64,000 nt of DNA, taken from NCBI GenBank assembly GCA_030530925.1, contig JAUMUA010000003.1, forward strand, positions 17,366-81,365. The letters are read 5' to 3'. Positions 37,472-47,593 of the stretch are shown here, in pieces; the first letter of the stretch is position 1; each line of letters opens with the position of its first letter. The stretch is from Rothia sp. (in: high G+C Gram-positive bacteria) (lineage in GTDB: Bacteria > Actinomycetota > Actinomycetes > Actinomycetales > Micrococcaceae). The notes under the pieces were generated by a model. It ran no database searches. It was given only the letters and a program-made list of their open reading frames with translations, and had not been told where the DNA came from. Both the position numbers and the translations under genes were made by a program.

Positions 37472-37975
37472 ATGCAATCCCATTCAGAAACCGCCCTGCG
37501 CAAGAGCTTTATCAATTGCACCAAGGGCGCCGCCCAGCGAATTAACATTCCTAAAGATATTGCAAATACCGACTGGGAACAGCAGATTTTCTTGAGCTGG
37601 ATTGACCCCAAATCGCCACAAAAAGCCTACGTAGTTGCCGAAACCCCAAAGGGACTTCAAGGCTTGGTCATGGAACGCAAAAAAGCACCCGTCAAAGGCG
37701 GTGCGCGCATGTGCCAGTTCTGCCTTACGCTCCATTCGTCAAGCGGTGTTTCGATGGTTTCGATTCCCACCACCAAGTCATCCCAAGACAACTACGGCAG
37801 CATTGGCACCTACATCTGCACCAACCTCGACTGTGTTGCCTACACGCTAGGGCTCAAAAAACCAGAGGGAATCCGGCAGATGGAAGAGTCACTCACTACC
37901 GAAGAAAAAACAGAGCGAACACTCTCCCATGTGCAAGCACTCATCCTGCGCATTGAAGAGGCGTTGCAGAAGTAA
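37472..37975 (+). CDS. FBP C-terminal treble-clef zinc-finger protein (FusB-related)
   Basis: SFINCTKG, FLSWIDP, MCQFC..H and GTYICTNLDC motifs. Confidence 0.8.
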   Translation: MQSHSETALRKSFINCTKGAAQRINIPKDIANTDWEQQIFLSWIDPKSPQKAYVVAETPKGLQGLVMERKKAPVKGGARMCQFCLTLHSSSGVSMVSIPTTKSSQDNYGSIGTYICTNLDCVAYTLGLKKPEGIRQMEESLTTEEKTERTLSHVQALILRIEEALQK

Positions 37976-38025
37976 GGCGAGAGCAGGACGGGCGCGCGGA
38001 GCGTCGACAAATGAGACTGCGAGTT

Positions 38026-38100
38026 TTAACAAGAAAATTCCCCACCCAGCTCCAAAACCCAAAAGGGCGAAGAGAGCGGGTGGGGAATTTTTCTTGTTAA
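38026..38100. terminator. Bidirectional terminator
   Basis: TTAACAAGAAAATTCCCCACCC...GGGTGGGGAATTTTTCTTGTTAA between convergent genes. Confidence 0.7.
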
Positions 38101-38193
38101 TGTCTGAGCTTGAGCGTTTCTCGACGTCCGCGCGCACGTCCGCACATACATCTGCGCACGTCAACGCCCACTCACACCCAAAATATTGAGACC

Positions 38194-39444
38194 TTAGAGC
38201 ACCTCTGCCAAACGGCGTACGCCTTCTTCGAGGACCTTAGGTTCTACCGAAGAAAATGCAATACGTAGTTGGTTTGCGCCGGGGTTCACGCCGTCCACGG
38301 TTTCGTAGAATGCGGAGCCTGGCACGAAAACCACGCCGTTGTCAATGGCAGGTGCCAGGGCATCGGCGGCGTCAGCGAATTTACCGCCTTCTGGCAGGGT
38401 GAGCCAGGTGAAGAAACCGCCTTCTGGTGTAGTCCAGGTGGTGCCTTCTGGCATGTACTTTTCGCAAGCGGCAATGACGGCGTCACAGCGTTCTTTGTAT
38501 AGTGCGGCGGTTTTGCGGGTGTGGGGTTCCCACATGCCTTCAGACATGAAGGCGAGTACGAGTCGCTGTGAAAGCACCGAGGGGCAGATGGTCACTGCTT
38601 CGCCTGCGATCTGGAGGAATTTGCGGACGCGTTCAGGTGCTACCATCCAGCCGACGCGGACGCCAGGCGAGAAGACCTTGGAGAAACTGCCGAGGTAGAG
38701 CACGTTTTCAGGATCGAAGGAATGCAACGAGCGGTGGCGAGTGCCGTCGAATGAGAGCTGACCGTAGGGGTTGTCTTCTACGATGAGCACATCAAGGTCG
38801 CGGCATACTTTGCAGAGTTCTTCACGGCGGTCGTCTGAGAGGGTGACCCCGGTGGGGTTCTGAAAGTTGGGGATAGTGTAGAGGAATTTGACTTCTTTGC
38901 CTTCGGCGCGAATAGCTTCTACTGCTTCACGCACCTTAGCTGGGTCAATGCCATCATCGTCAATCACTACCTGGCGAACATCGGCTTCGTAACCTTCAAA
39001 TGTGCCAAGTGCGCCAGTGTAGGTGGGGCCTTCGGCAAGGATGACGTCACCGGGGTTTACGAAGAGTTTGGTGGCAAGATCTAGACCCATTTGTGAACCT
39101 GCAGTCATCTGAATTTCATCGAGTGCGGGTGAAGAGCCTTCTGATTTCATGAAGTCACAGACGAGTTCGGCGAGTTCTTCAAGACCTGCACCGGAGCCAT
39201 ACTGCAGAACTTCGAGGCCCTCAGTTTCGATGATACGGGCAGCCATTTTGCCTACCTCATCAAGGGGCAGCAGGTTGAGGTCAGGGTTGCCACCGGCGAG
39301 CGAGATGATGCCTGGGCGCATTGCTACCTCGAACACGTCACGCACTGCGGAGGGGCGGAATCCGCCCGCACGGTCAGCAAAGTGCTTCATGATGCGTGCT
39401 TCGGCGGGGTTAGCGTCGTTTAGAAGTTCTTGAATTTTTACCAC
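38194..39444 (-). CDS. PLP-dependent aminotransferase class I
   Basis: ISLAGGNP, QYGSGAG, NFQNPTG, EDNPY, SFSKVFSPGVRVGW; GTG 39444 with GAAAGGA RBS. Confidence 0.9.
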   Translation of the reverse strand: MVKIQELLNDANPAEARIMKHFADRAGGFRPSAVRDVFEVAMRPGIISLAGGNPDLNLLPLDEVGKMAARIIETEGLEVLQYGSGAGLEELAELVCDFMKSEGSSPALDEIQMTAGSQMGLDLATKLFVNPGDVILAEGPTYTGALGTFEGYEADVRQVVIDDDGIDPAKVREAVEAIRAEGKEVKFLYTIPNFQNPTGVTLSDDRREELCKVCRDLDVLIVEDNPYGQLSFDGTRHRSLHSFDPENVLYLGSFSKVFSPGVRVGWMVAPERVRKFLQIAGEAVTICPSVLSQRLVLAFMSEGMWEPHTRKTAALYKERCDAVIAACEKYMPEGTTWTTPEGGFFTWLTLPEGGKFADAADALAPAIDNGVVFVPGSAFYETVDGVNPGANQLRIAFSSVEPKVLEEGVRRLAEVL

Positions 39445-39523
39445 AGATATAGTCCTTTCGGCGGCACTGGGCAACGGGGGGTTATAGATTGGACCCGTTG
39501 CCCTTAAGTTTTTAGTGTTGAGA

Positions 39524-40606
39524 TTATTCGCCGTAAGTAACGTCAGCTTCGCCGTATGCCGGTGATGCGGTGCCGTTCTTGACGCCGGCTGCATGGAGGG
39601 ACACCAATTCGTAAACGACGTGGGCCGCGGCAATACCGGTGAGCTCGGCGTGGTCGTAGGCGGGTGAAACTTCAACAAGTTCTGACCCCACGATATTCAG
39701 TCCGCGTAGGCCACGCAAGATTTCAAGTAGTTCGCGGGAGGTGATGCCACCGGCTTCGGGGGTTCCGGTGCCAGGTGCGTGTGCGGGGTCGAGCACGTCA
39801 ATATCAATGGAGATGTATAGCGGACGATCACCAATGCGAGCGCGTAACAGCTCCACTACTTTCTGTACACCGAGGTAGTAGACGTCTGCTGATGAGACGA
39901 TGCCAAAACCAAAGCGCTTGTCGTCGTCAAGATCTTCGGTACCGTAGAGCGATGCGCGGGTGCCCACGTGGGAGAGCGCGTCAGTGTCTAGTAGGTCTTC
40001 TTCGAAGGCGCGACGGAAGGGGGTGCCGTGGGTGTATTCGGCGCCGAAGTAGGTGTCCCAGGTGTCGAGGTGTGCGTCAAAGTGCAAGAGCGCGATTTTG
40101 CCGTGCTTCTTTGCCATGTTGCGCAGGTTTGCCAGCGCGATGGTATGGTCGCCGCCAATGGTAACGAGCTTTGCACCGTCCTTGGTGAGCTCGTGCGCGC
40201 CGGCTTCCATTTCAGCCAGACCGGCTTCGATGTTGAAGGGGTTGCCAATGATGTCACCGGCGTCTGCCACCTGTGCTTCTTTGAAGGGTGAGATGTTAGC
40301 GGCGGGGTTGAAGGGGCGTAGCAAGCGTGATGCTTCGCGCACGTGGTTTGCACCAAAGCGAGCACCGGGGCGGTATGAAACACCGGAATCCCAGGGCATA
40401 CCTGCAATAACGATGTCGGCTTTTTCAATTTCGTCCAGGCGGGGCAGACGTGCGAAGGTGCCATTGCCAGCCCAGCGAGGCACCTCTGCAGCATTGACGG
40501 GACCAACGCGCTCGACGCCATCGGCACCGGTTGCGATTACGCGGTTGGGGTTTGCTGAAAATGAGGGTTTTGCGTTTTCTGCGGTGGGTTTTTCGTTGGT
40601 GCTCAT
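39524..40606 (-). CDS. speB: Ureohydrolase (agmatinase/guanidinobutyrase)
   Basis: GGDH, HFDAHLD, HGTPF and [17 protein letters not shown] motifs. Confidence 0.88.
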   Translation of the reverse strand: MSTNEKPTAENAKPSFSANPNRVIATGADGVERVGPVNAAEVPRWAGNGTFARLPRLDEIEKADIVIAGMPWDSGVSYRPGARFGANHVREASRLLRPFNPAANISPFKEAQVADAGDIIGNPFNIEAGLAEMEAGAHELTKDGAKLVTIGGDHTIALANLRNMAKKHGKIALLHFDAHLDTWDTYFGAEYTHGTPFRRAFEEDLLDTDALSHVGTRASLYGTEDLDDDKRFGFGIVSSADVYYLGVQKVVELLRARIGDRPLYISIDIDVLDPAHAPGTGTPEAGGITSRELLEILRGLRGLNIVGSELVEVSPAYDHAELTGIAAAHVVYELVSLHAAGVKNGTASPAYGEADVTYGE

Positions 40607-40789
40607 AGAAACTCCGTTGTTCGTGAAAGGAAGGGGATGCCAATAGCATCTCTTGTTTTCCACTATGCAACAAAAGTTGCTTTTTGTGAACGAGGCAACC
40701 TATAAATTTTCGCTCTTCACCACCACACAGTCTGCGCTCACAAGACTAGAGCAAAGATTCCATTGACTGAGGAGGTCAATTCATGAAAT

Positions 40790-40808
40790 GATAGTGAGAA
40801 TCATTTTC
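40790..40808. promoter_or_regulatory. Zur/Fur-like box GATAGTGAGAATCATTTTC
   Basis: 16/19 match to the Fur consensus; also resembles actinobacterial Zur TGAAAATNATTTTCA. Confidence 0.5.
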
Positions 40809-40940
40809 GAGTTCGAATAGAAATAATTGAGGTGAATGCTCCTCCATGGAGTGTCGAAGTCCCCACTGTTCCACCCTTCCCTTCCTATCTTCTAGCCTTT
40901 CGCACATAGTTGCCGCCGGAGCAAGCGAAAGTAGGTTTCC

Positions 40941-42314
40941 TTGCTAACCCTCCTCGGTTCTCTTGCCCTGGGAATTTGTCTTATCCTCGTCATTATTGTG
41001 GTTAACGGTTATTTTGTGGCTCAAGAATTTGCCTATATGTCCGTTGATCGCCACCGCCTTAAAGCACGTGCCCAAGAAGGCGATTCCAAGGCTAAGACCG
41101 CGCTAGAAATTACTCAGCAAACCTCGTTTATGCTGTCCGGTGCGCAGCTAGGTATCACCATTACCGGCCTTCTTATAGGCTTTATTGCCGAGCCACTCGT
41201 GGGCAAAGCCTTGGCACAGTTGTTGGGCGGTTCAGAGGCGCCGTCTGCTGTTGCCATCACTATTGGTACCGTTTTAGCCTTGTTGTTTTCCACCGTGGTG
41301 CAGATGATTTTTGGTGAACTATTCCCCAAAAACTACACCATCGCAGCTCCCCTAAAATCAGCGCGAGCTCTTGCCCCCAGCACCAAAACATACTTGAAGT
41401 TATTTGGCTGGCTCATCCGCTTATTTGACTGGTCTTCAAATACCCTTTTGCGCCTATTCAAAATTGAGCCGGTGGAGGACGTCGATTCCTCCGCTGGCAC
41501 CGAAGACTTAAAACACATCGTGTCTCAGGGACGAGAAACGGGAGAATTGAATTATCAAACCTCGTTGCTTCTTTCCCGCCTGCTCGATTTTCCAGAGGTT
41601 AGCGTTTCCCACGCCATGCGGCCACACTCGCGCACCGATGTATTGCAAGCAGAAACTACCGTGGCAGAAGCAAAACAGAAAATGGTGGGAGCACATACTC
41701 GTTACCCCGTTCTCAACCGGAACTTCGCCCCTGTTGGCATCATCAGCTTGCTCGACCTTCTTGCATTCAAAGGTAGCGAAACCACGCCTATCGAGCACCT
41801 CATGCGCCAACCTATTTTCTTACACGAAAACATGCGACTCACCGAGGGTTTACTCGCCTTCGAAAACACCGCAGAGCAGCTGGCATTAGTTATTGACGAA
41901 TACGGCGGCTTCGTGGGCATTTTGACTCGCGAAGATATCGCCGAAGAAATTCTTGGAGAAATGGACGACGAACACGACGCCGTACAATCCGAACGCATCA
42001 TCGCTCTTGAGCACAATACTTGGGTGACGGACGGCGACACCTCGCTCGATGAAGTTGAGCGCCTACTGGGGCGCGAAGTGCCAGCAGGAAACTACGAAAC
42101 CGTTGCCGGCTTGCTTTTACACGAAGCAGGAGCTTTGGTGAAGAACGGCAGCGAGCATCAAGTACGCCTTTCACCAGAGGTTGACGACATCCTCGAAAAG
42201 AACGAGCGCCCTAACGACTTCCTCCTTATGAAGGTATTGAAGGTGGAGAGAAATGTGCCCAGCAAGATCCGTCTTACCTTGGCACTAGAAGAAAGTGCAG
42301 AGGACGAGAAATAA
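40941..42314 (+). CDS. CNNM/CBS/CorC (hemolysin family) Mg2+ transporter
   Basis: NGYFVAQEF, AQLGIT, GELFPK, CBS pair with DEYGG, CorC domain. Confidence 0.9.
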   Translation: MLTLLGSLALGICLILVIIVVNGYFVAQEFAYMSVDRHRLKARAQEGDSKAKTALEITQQTSFMLSGAQLGITITGLLIGFIAEPLVGKALAQLLGGSEAPSAVAITIGTVLALLFSTVVQMIFGELFPKNYTIAAPLKSARALAPSTKTYLKLFGWLIRLFDWSSNTLLRLFKIEPVEDVDSSAGTEDLKHIVSQGRETGELNYQTSLLLSRLLDFPEVSVSHAMRPHSRTDVLQAETTVAEAKQKMVGAHTRYPVLNRNFAPVGIISLLDLLAFKGSETTPIEHLMRQPIFLHENMRLTEGLLAFENTAEQLALVIDEYGGFVGILTREDIAEEILGEMDDEHDAVQSERIIALEHNTWVTDGDTSLDEVERLLGREVPAGNYETVAGLLLHEAGALVKNGSEHQVRLSPEVDDILEKNERPNDFLLMKVLKVERNVPSKIRLTLALEESAEDEK

Positions 42315-43351
42315 TGACTGATTGGTATTTTGCTCTTCCCGCAACCATTGTTTTGATTGCGCTCTCTGCTTTCTTCGTCATGATTGAGTTCGCCTTATTA
42401 GGCGCTCAGCGCCACCGACTCGAAGCTACAGTACAAACTTCAGCCTCGTCTCGCGCAGCGTTGCGTAGTCTCAATGACCTCACACTGATGCTGGCTGGTG
42501 CTCAGCTAGGTATTACGGTGTGTACTTTTGCGCTCGGGGCAGTCACCAAACCGTGGGTACATCATATGCTCATGCCTCTCTTTGAATCATTATCACTACC
42601 TCTTGCCGTAGCTGATGGTATTTCATTTGTGCTCGCGCTTTTTATTGTGACGTTCTTGCACCTGGTGGTGGGAGAAATGGCACCTAAGTCGTGGGCAATT
42701 GCTCACCCCGAATCTGCTGTTCGGTTGATTGCGATTCCCGCCCGAGTGTTTATCACGATCTTTAGACCGCTACTGGTGTGGATCAATCACATGGCTAATG
42801 CGCTGGTACGCCGCGCAGGTGAAAACCCTGTAAATCGCGCTGCGGCGAAGGGGTACGATGCGCAGACCCTCGCTCATTTAGTTCACAGTTCACACACCAG
42901 TGGCGCATTAGAGTCACACGAGGCGCACCAACTATCTGAACTTTTGGATTTCGAGTTCCGCACTGCCGCTGAAGTTCTAGACGAACCGCAGAACAAACTC
43001 CCGCAACTCCCCGCCACGGCGTCAGTTGCAGAGGCTCAACACCTGGCAGTAAATTCTCAACAGTTGCGCATACTCATCACTGAGTCGAGAAACCAAATAC
43101 CCCGTCTACTTAACGTGCGCGACACTCTTCAATCTGCTGACCACCAACAAGTTGCCACTTATGCGTGGGAACTCTTACGTGTTGAAGACTCGAAAACGCT
43201 GCTTGAGGTACTCAAAGAAATGCGTGCTGAGAAAGTGCAGGTAGTGGCAGTTGTGAATTCCCAGGGAGATTACCTGGGGCTCCTGACGTGGGAATACCTA
43301 GTGCATAAACTGTGGCAAAACTCTACGCGCGAGCAACCAGCCCAAATCTAA
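42314..43351 (+). CDS. CNNM domain protein (second paralog)
   Basis: AFFVMIEF, AQLGIT and GEMAPK motifs. Confidence 0.88.
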   Translation: MTDWYFALPATIVLIALSAFFVMIEFALLGAQRHRLEATVQTSASSRAALRSLNDLTLMLAGAQLGITVCTFALGAVTKPWVHHMLMPLFESLSLPLAVADGISFVLALFIVTFLHLVVGEMAPKSWAIAHPESAVRLIAIPARVFITIFRPLLVWINHMANALVRRAGENPVNRAAAKGYDAQTLAHLVHSSHTSGALESHEAHQLSELLDFEFRTAAEVLDEPQNKLPQLPATASVAEAQHLAVNSQQLRILITESRNQIPRLLNVRDTLQSADHQQVATYAWELLRVEDSKTLLEVLKEMRAEKVQVVAVVNSQGDYLGLLTWEYLVHKLWQNSTREQPAQI

Positions 43352-43362
43352 ACCCAGAAGGT

Positions 43363-44130
43363 TTAGAGATAACGCCTTGCCGCTTTGAGTGCTTGCCGCC
43401 CGTAGTTGCCGCCAAATAATACTGCGTGCAAGAGCAAAAGGTGAAGTTGGTGCAGTTCCACTCGGTCTTCCCAGCCTTCATCAAGCGGGGTAACTTGCTG
43501 ATAACCGGCAATAATTTCTTTGAGGTGCGGTGCACCAAAGAGTGCGAGCGCGGCCAAATCGTCTTCGGGGTGCCCGCCGTACGGGGTGGGATCAATCAGT
43601 ACAGCTTCATCTTCGGTCCACAACACGTTCCCCGCCCACAAATCACCGTGCACACGAGCCGGGGTTGAGCCTTCGCTATAGGAGCCGTCAAACTTTCCCT
43701 CGCGCAACAGTGCGCAGAGTTCGCCAAAGACACCGCGTTCGTGCGCCCCAAAATCTTGCACTTTACGCACGAGCGGGGCAATGCGCTCTTGCGCCCACAT
43801 GGCACCCCAACTGCTGTGGTGATTCAGCGGCAACTCAAGCTGATTGCGGGCCGGGCCTTGCAAACCGTTACCTTCCCAGCCGGTAGGGCCAGCACCGAAC
43901 GCGTCCGCACCGGCAAGGTGTGTTTGCGCCAGACGTGCGCCAAAGTCGCGGGCAACGCTTTTGGTGGGGGTACTCTCTTGAACATGCTCAATTGTAAGAC
44001 GCTCCCCTTGCGCCCCTAGTACCTGTGCAACTCGCGCGCCGCCGTCCTCAGTTGCTTCACCTAACCAGCGGAGCCCCGCTGCTTCCCAAGCAACAGCTTG
44101 AGCCGAGCCGTGTTTGCTAAAGATTTCCAT
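43363..44130 (-). CDS. Fructosamine kinase family protein
   Basis: EAAGLRWL, HGDLWAGN and LIDP..GGHPEDDLA motifs. Confidence 0.88.
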   Translation of the reverse strand: MEIFSKHGSAQAVAWEAAGLRWLGEATEDGGARVAQVLGAQGERLTIEHVQESTPTKSVARDFGARLAQTHLAGADAFGAGPTGWEGNGLQGPARNQLELPLNHHSSWGAMWAQERIAPLVRKVQDFGAHERGVFGELCALLREGKFDGSYSEGSTPARVHGDLWAGNVLWTEDEAVLIDPTPYGGHPEDDLAALALFGAPHLKEIIAGYQQVTPLDEGWEDRVELHQLHLLLLHAVLFGGNYGRQALKAARRYL

Positions 44131-44148
44131 GTGAGCTCCTCGCAGCAC

Positions 44149-45153
44149 TTATTGGTAGGTAACCACCCACGGCGCAGGGTTCAGCGCGTAGGTCTGTTCG
44201 GGAGTAAGGGTGGGGGTGTCTTCCTCGTAAAAATTCTTCCACGACGGGTAAATGCCCTGGGGCAACCCTTGCAAAAGCGTATTATAAGTATCTTTTTTTA
44301 GATCAGGGATGCCGTGGCCGTCGGCATGCATGGTGAGTGCCAATTCGGGGTGGGAGGTATCAACCAGTTCGCGGTTGGTAATCATGGCCTGAGTGAACTG
44401 GTGAAGCACCACGAGTTTTTGGGGAATCTGCTCTTGTTTCACCAAATTCGCCACAAAGTCTAAGGTCTCGTTTATTTCGGCGGCGTCCACGGTACCAATT
44501 TGTTGCAGGTGCACTTGATTAGGACCCAAACGCCACTCAGGATCAATACCTAAACCCACATTGGGGCGCTTGAAAAGTTCTTGATACTCGGTCACCTGAT
44601 GCACAAAAGAATCGCGGCCCGGTTGTAAATCGAGTACCACATATACACCGTTTTTCTCGGCCTCTTCAATCAGCGGCAAAAGTTCTTTGACCGGGATTTC
44701 ACGAGAGTAATCACCGTCTCCCCCTGGTTCGCTACTGGCAATGGTAGTAATGATTTCAAAGGCGGGTTGTACCTTTTCTTTACTAAACGGCTGATACTGT
44801 TGTGCCAAAGTTTTCACCTGGTTGACCGCTTCGACAGGCTCATATTCGCCTAAGACACCCAATGCCGCGTTATCGGGGCTACCGTAGAGAGCCACGAATC
44901 GGCGGTCAGGAAATATCTTGGTGCCTCCGCCGACTAATTCGGCAGGTTTGCTTGCCGACGACGTCGCGCTGGCAGACGCTGAGTTGTCTGTTGCGCTGAA
45001 ATTAGCGGTGGAGTTAACACTGCCGCTTGCCCCCGATCTCGCGCCGCTTGACTGCTCGCTACTAGAGGAGCCCGACGCCGCCCCGCAGCTGGCAAACAGC
45101 AGGGTTGCGGTGAGCGCAAAAGCGGTAGCTGTCAAAGGACGAAAAAATTTCAT
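44149..45153 (-). CDS. Lipoprotein with putative glycoside hydrolase-like domain
   Basis: Lipobox LFASC, Ser-rich linker, ALYGSP, LDLQPG, IDPEWR. Confidence 0.75.
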   Translation of the reverse strand: MKFFRPLTATAFALTATLLFASCGAASGSSSSEQSSGARSGASGSVNSTANFSATDNSASASATSSASKPAELVGGGTKIFPDRRFVALYGSPDNAALGVLGEYEPVEAVNQVKTLAQQYQPFSKEKVQPAFEIITTIASSEPGGDGDYSREIPVKELLPLIEEAEKNGVYVVLDLQPGRDSFVHQVTEYQELFKRPNVGLGIDPEWRLGPNQVHLQQIGTVDAAEINETLDFVANLVKQEQIPQKLVVLHQFTQAMITNRELVDTSHPELALTMHADGHGIPDLKKDTYNTLLQGLPQGIYPSWKNFYEEDTPTLTPEQTYALNPAPWVVTYQ

Positions 45154-45213
45154 AGGGGAATCCTTGTAGGGGAAATACGGTGTTTACTATCCACGTTACA
45201 CTCCTACCCCTTA

Positions 45214-45780
45214 TTACTTCTCAATAAGAATCCACAAGACAACTGCAGGTTCTTGTTGGCGGTTATGCCAGGTATGTGGTTCTTGGCCCGAGAATGTGAG
45301 GGTGTCCCCGGCGTTGAGCACATGCTGATCTTGCGATGTTTCCAGCACAAATTCGCCGGAAAAAACATGCACTATTTCGGTTTCGCAATCCACGGTATAT
45401 TTTTCTGATTCACCCCTCCCACCGGGAGCGATTTCACCACGTAGCACCTGAACTTTTGAGAGGTTGCGTGCTGAGATGAGTTTCTCAATAATGCCTTCCC
45501 CGCCTAAATCAACGGTGGGCGCCTGATCCCAACTCACCACCGAAGTTTCGGGTTCGGCAAAAAGTTCGCCCACGTCAACTCGCAGAACTGAACACAGCGC
45601 AACTAAAGTAGCCACCGATGGGGATGTTTGATCGCGCTCCACGCGCGAAATAAATCCCTTAGTCAGCCCGCAGGCTTCGGCAAGTTGCTCAATAGTCATG
45701 TGCTGGCGACGTCGGTGATTACGCAGGCGCGCACCAATGGCAGGATTTTTCTCTACCCCATCGATGGGTAATGACTTCAT
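45214..45780 (-). CDS. XRE-HTH/cupin regulator (PuuR-like)
   Basis: IGARLR..TIEQLA..GLTKGFISRVERDQTSPS HTH plus cupin domain. Confidence 0.88.
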   Translation of the reverse strand: MKSLPIDGVEKNPAIGARLRNHRRRQHMTIEQLAEACGLTKGFISRVERDQTSPSVATLVALCSVLRVDVGELFAEPETSVVSWDQAPTVDLGGEGIIEKLISARNLSKVQVLRGEIAPGGRGESEKYTVDCETEIVHVFSGEFVLETSQDQHVLNAGDTLTFSGQEPHTWHNRQQEPAVVLWILIEK

Positions 45781-45953
45781 GGATTGTTCCTTTGGGGCTG
45801 AGCGCGTTCACAGAGTAAGAATTTATTTTTCTTTTTCTTTGTATTTCAATATTCTGTAAAAATACAGATGTTGTTTAGAACACATTAGTATATGCGTGAC
45901 AAGAAGTTCTTTCACTCACCACCTTCGTACCCCCTACGCTATCTAGGAACACT

Positions 45954-47378
45954 ATGAACCTTGTAATCATCCTGCTGTACCTTGTGGCCCTAATTGGCTT
46001 TGGCGTATGGGGCAAAAGTAAAGCTAAAGACGCCGAGGACTTTCGCGTAGCAGGACGCCGTCTTGGACCGTTGTTCTACACCGGCACAATGAGCGCAGTG
46101 GTACTCGGCGGCGCATCCACCGTGGGCGGTGTGGGACTGGGGTATAAGTTCGGAATTTCAGGCATGTGGCTGGTAGTTGCTATCGCCGTGGGTGTGCTGG
46201 TTTTGAGCCTGATTTTTGCACCCATCATTACCCGACTCAAGCTGTATACGGTCTCGCAGATGATGAGCTTGCGTTACGGCGTGCGATCCACGCAGGTATC
46301 CTCAATCGTCATGCTCGCTTACACTGTGATGCTCACGGTAACTTCAACCGCCGCTTACGCTTCTGTGTTCACCGTACTTTTTGGTATTGACCGCACCTGG
46401 GGCATCATTTTGGGTGCCGTTGTGGTGATTGCATATTCCATGCTGGGTGGCATGTGGTCCATTACGCTCACCGACATGATGCAGTTTGGCATTATGACCG
46501 TGGGCATGTTCTTCTTACTTCTTCCCTTCTCTTTACACTATGCCGGTGGCTGGAACGGTCTCACCACTCGTCTTGACGCCGAGTTCTTTCAGGTGGGCGC
46601 CATGGGCTTTGATTCCATCTTCACGATGTTTGTGGTCTACACCCTGGGCCTTTTGGTGGGTCAAGACATTTGGCAGCGCGTTTTCACCGCTCGCTCCCCC
46701 GAAGTTGCTCGCTGGGGTGGCGCCGCAGCAGGTATTTATGTGGGTCTCTACGGTATTGCTGGGGCAATTATTGGTATGGCAGCGGCTGTACTTGCCCCCG
46801 ATTTGACGAGTAAGGACGATGCTTTTGCAACTCTCGCGCAGAATTATCTGCCCGCGGGAATCGGCGGCGTGGTGCTAGCGGCCGGGGTAGCAGCCATGAT
46901 GTCTACTGCCTCCGGCGCGCTGATTGCCGCAGCGACGGTGGCGCGAGTCGACGTCGTGCCATTCCTTACCAACAAGCCAGCACTTGATGAAGAGAACGAT
47001 AAAGCGCTGGCGCAAGATCGCGTGTATTTGCTGGTCATTGGCATTATTTCTACCGTTATTGCGCTGTTCCTCAAAGACACCGTTACCTCGCTAACCATTG
47101 CCTACGACATCTTGGTGGGCGGTCTGCTCGTGGCAATTTTGGGCGGTCTGCTCTGGAAGCGTGGCACCGGTTTGGCGGCGGCTATTTCTATGGCGGTTGG
47201 CTCGTTAGGCGTTATCGTCACTATGCCCATCTTTGGTGTGATGGCTAATCAGCCCATCTACTATGGTTTGGGCGCCTCGCTCGTGGCTTATGTGGTGGTT
47301 TCGCTTCTCACCAAGCCCACCCGCCCTGAGGTTATTCAAGAATGGAACCGCCGTTTAGCGGCTGGTCGCACCAAATAA
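45954..47378 (+). CDS. Sodium:solute symporter
   Basis: VAGRRLG, GGASTVG, GGMWSITLTD, QDIWQR and AAMMSTA motifs. Confidence 0.92.
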   Translation: MNLVIILLYLVALIGFGVWGKSKAKDAEDFRVAGRRLGPLFYTGTMSAVVLGGASTVGGVGLGYKFGISGMWLVVAIAVGVLVLSLIFAPIITRLKLYTVSQMMSLRYGVRSTQVSSIVMLAYTVMLTVTSTAAYASVFTVLFGIDRTWGIILGAVVVIAYSMLGGMWSITLTDMMQFGIMTVGMFFLLLPFSLHYAGGWNGLTTRLDAEFFQVGAMGFDSIFTMFVVYTLGLLVGQDIWQRVFTARSPEVARWGGAAAGIYVGLYGIAGAIIGMAAAVLAPDLTSKDDAFATLAQNYLPAGIGGVVLAAGVAAMMSTASGALIAAATVARVDVVPFLTNKPALDEENDKALAQDRVYLLVIGIISTVIALFLKDTVTSLTIAYDILVGGLLVAILGGLLWKRGTGLAAAISMAVGSLGVIVTMPIFGVMANQPIYYGLGASLVAYVVVSLLTKPTRPEVIQEWNRRLAAGRTK

Positions 47379-47593
47379 CACCTAGTAAGAGCCGCATAGG
47401 TGTTCACATAGTGAGCATTTCACATATTTATGCGTGATTTGGATAACTTTTCAAAAGCAAAAATCCCCAAACTGCGCGGTTCTTACTTATAAACTAGCCA
47501 AAGCTAACCACTTAGCTATTGAGTTTCAGGGCGAACCACCACGCCTGAGCTTCCCACCCCTAGCGCATTCACTGCGCCGTCAAGGAGATAACT

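Noticed and set aside
38123-38175. Imperfect 12 bp repeats (CGTCCGCGCGCA-like)
   Set aside because: Only 3-4 degenerate units next to a terminator; no supporting context.
39445-39678. N-terminal extension of the aminotransferase in the ORF track
   Set aside because: Overlaps the upstream gene; GTG at 39444 has a strong GAAAGGA RBS.
39988-40646. Long alternative ORFs (179 and 197 aa) over the ureohydrolase
   Set aside because: Overlap a well-supported gene; no recognisable features.
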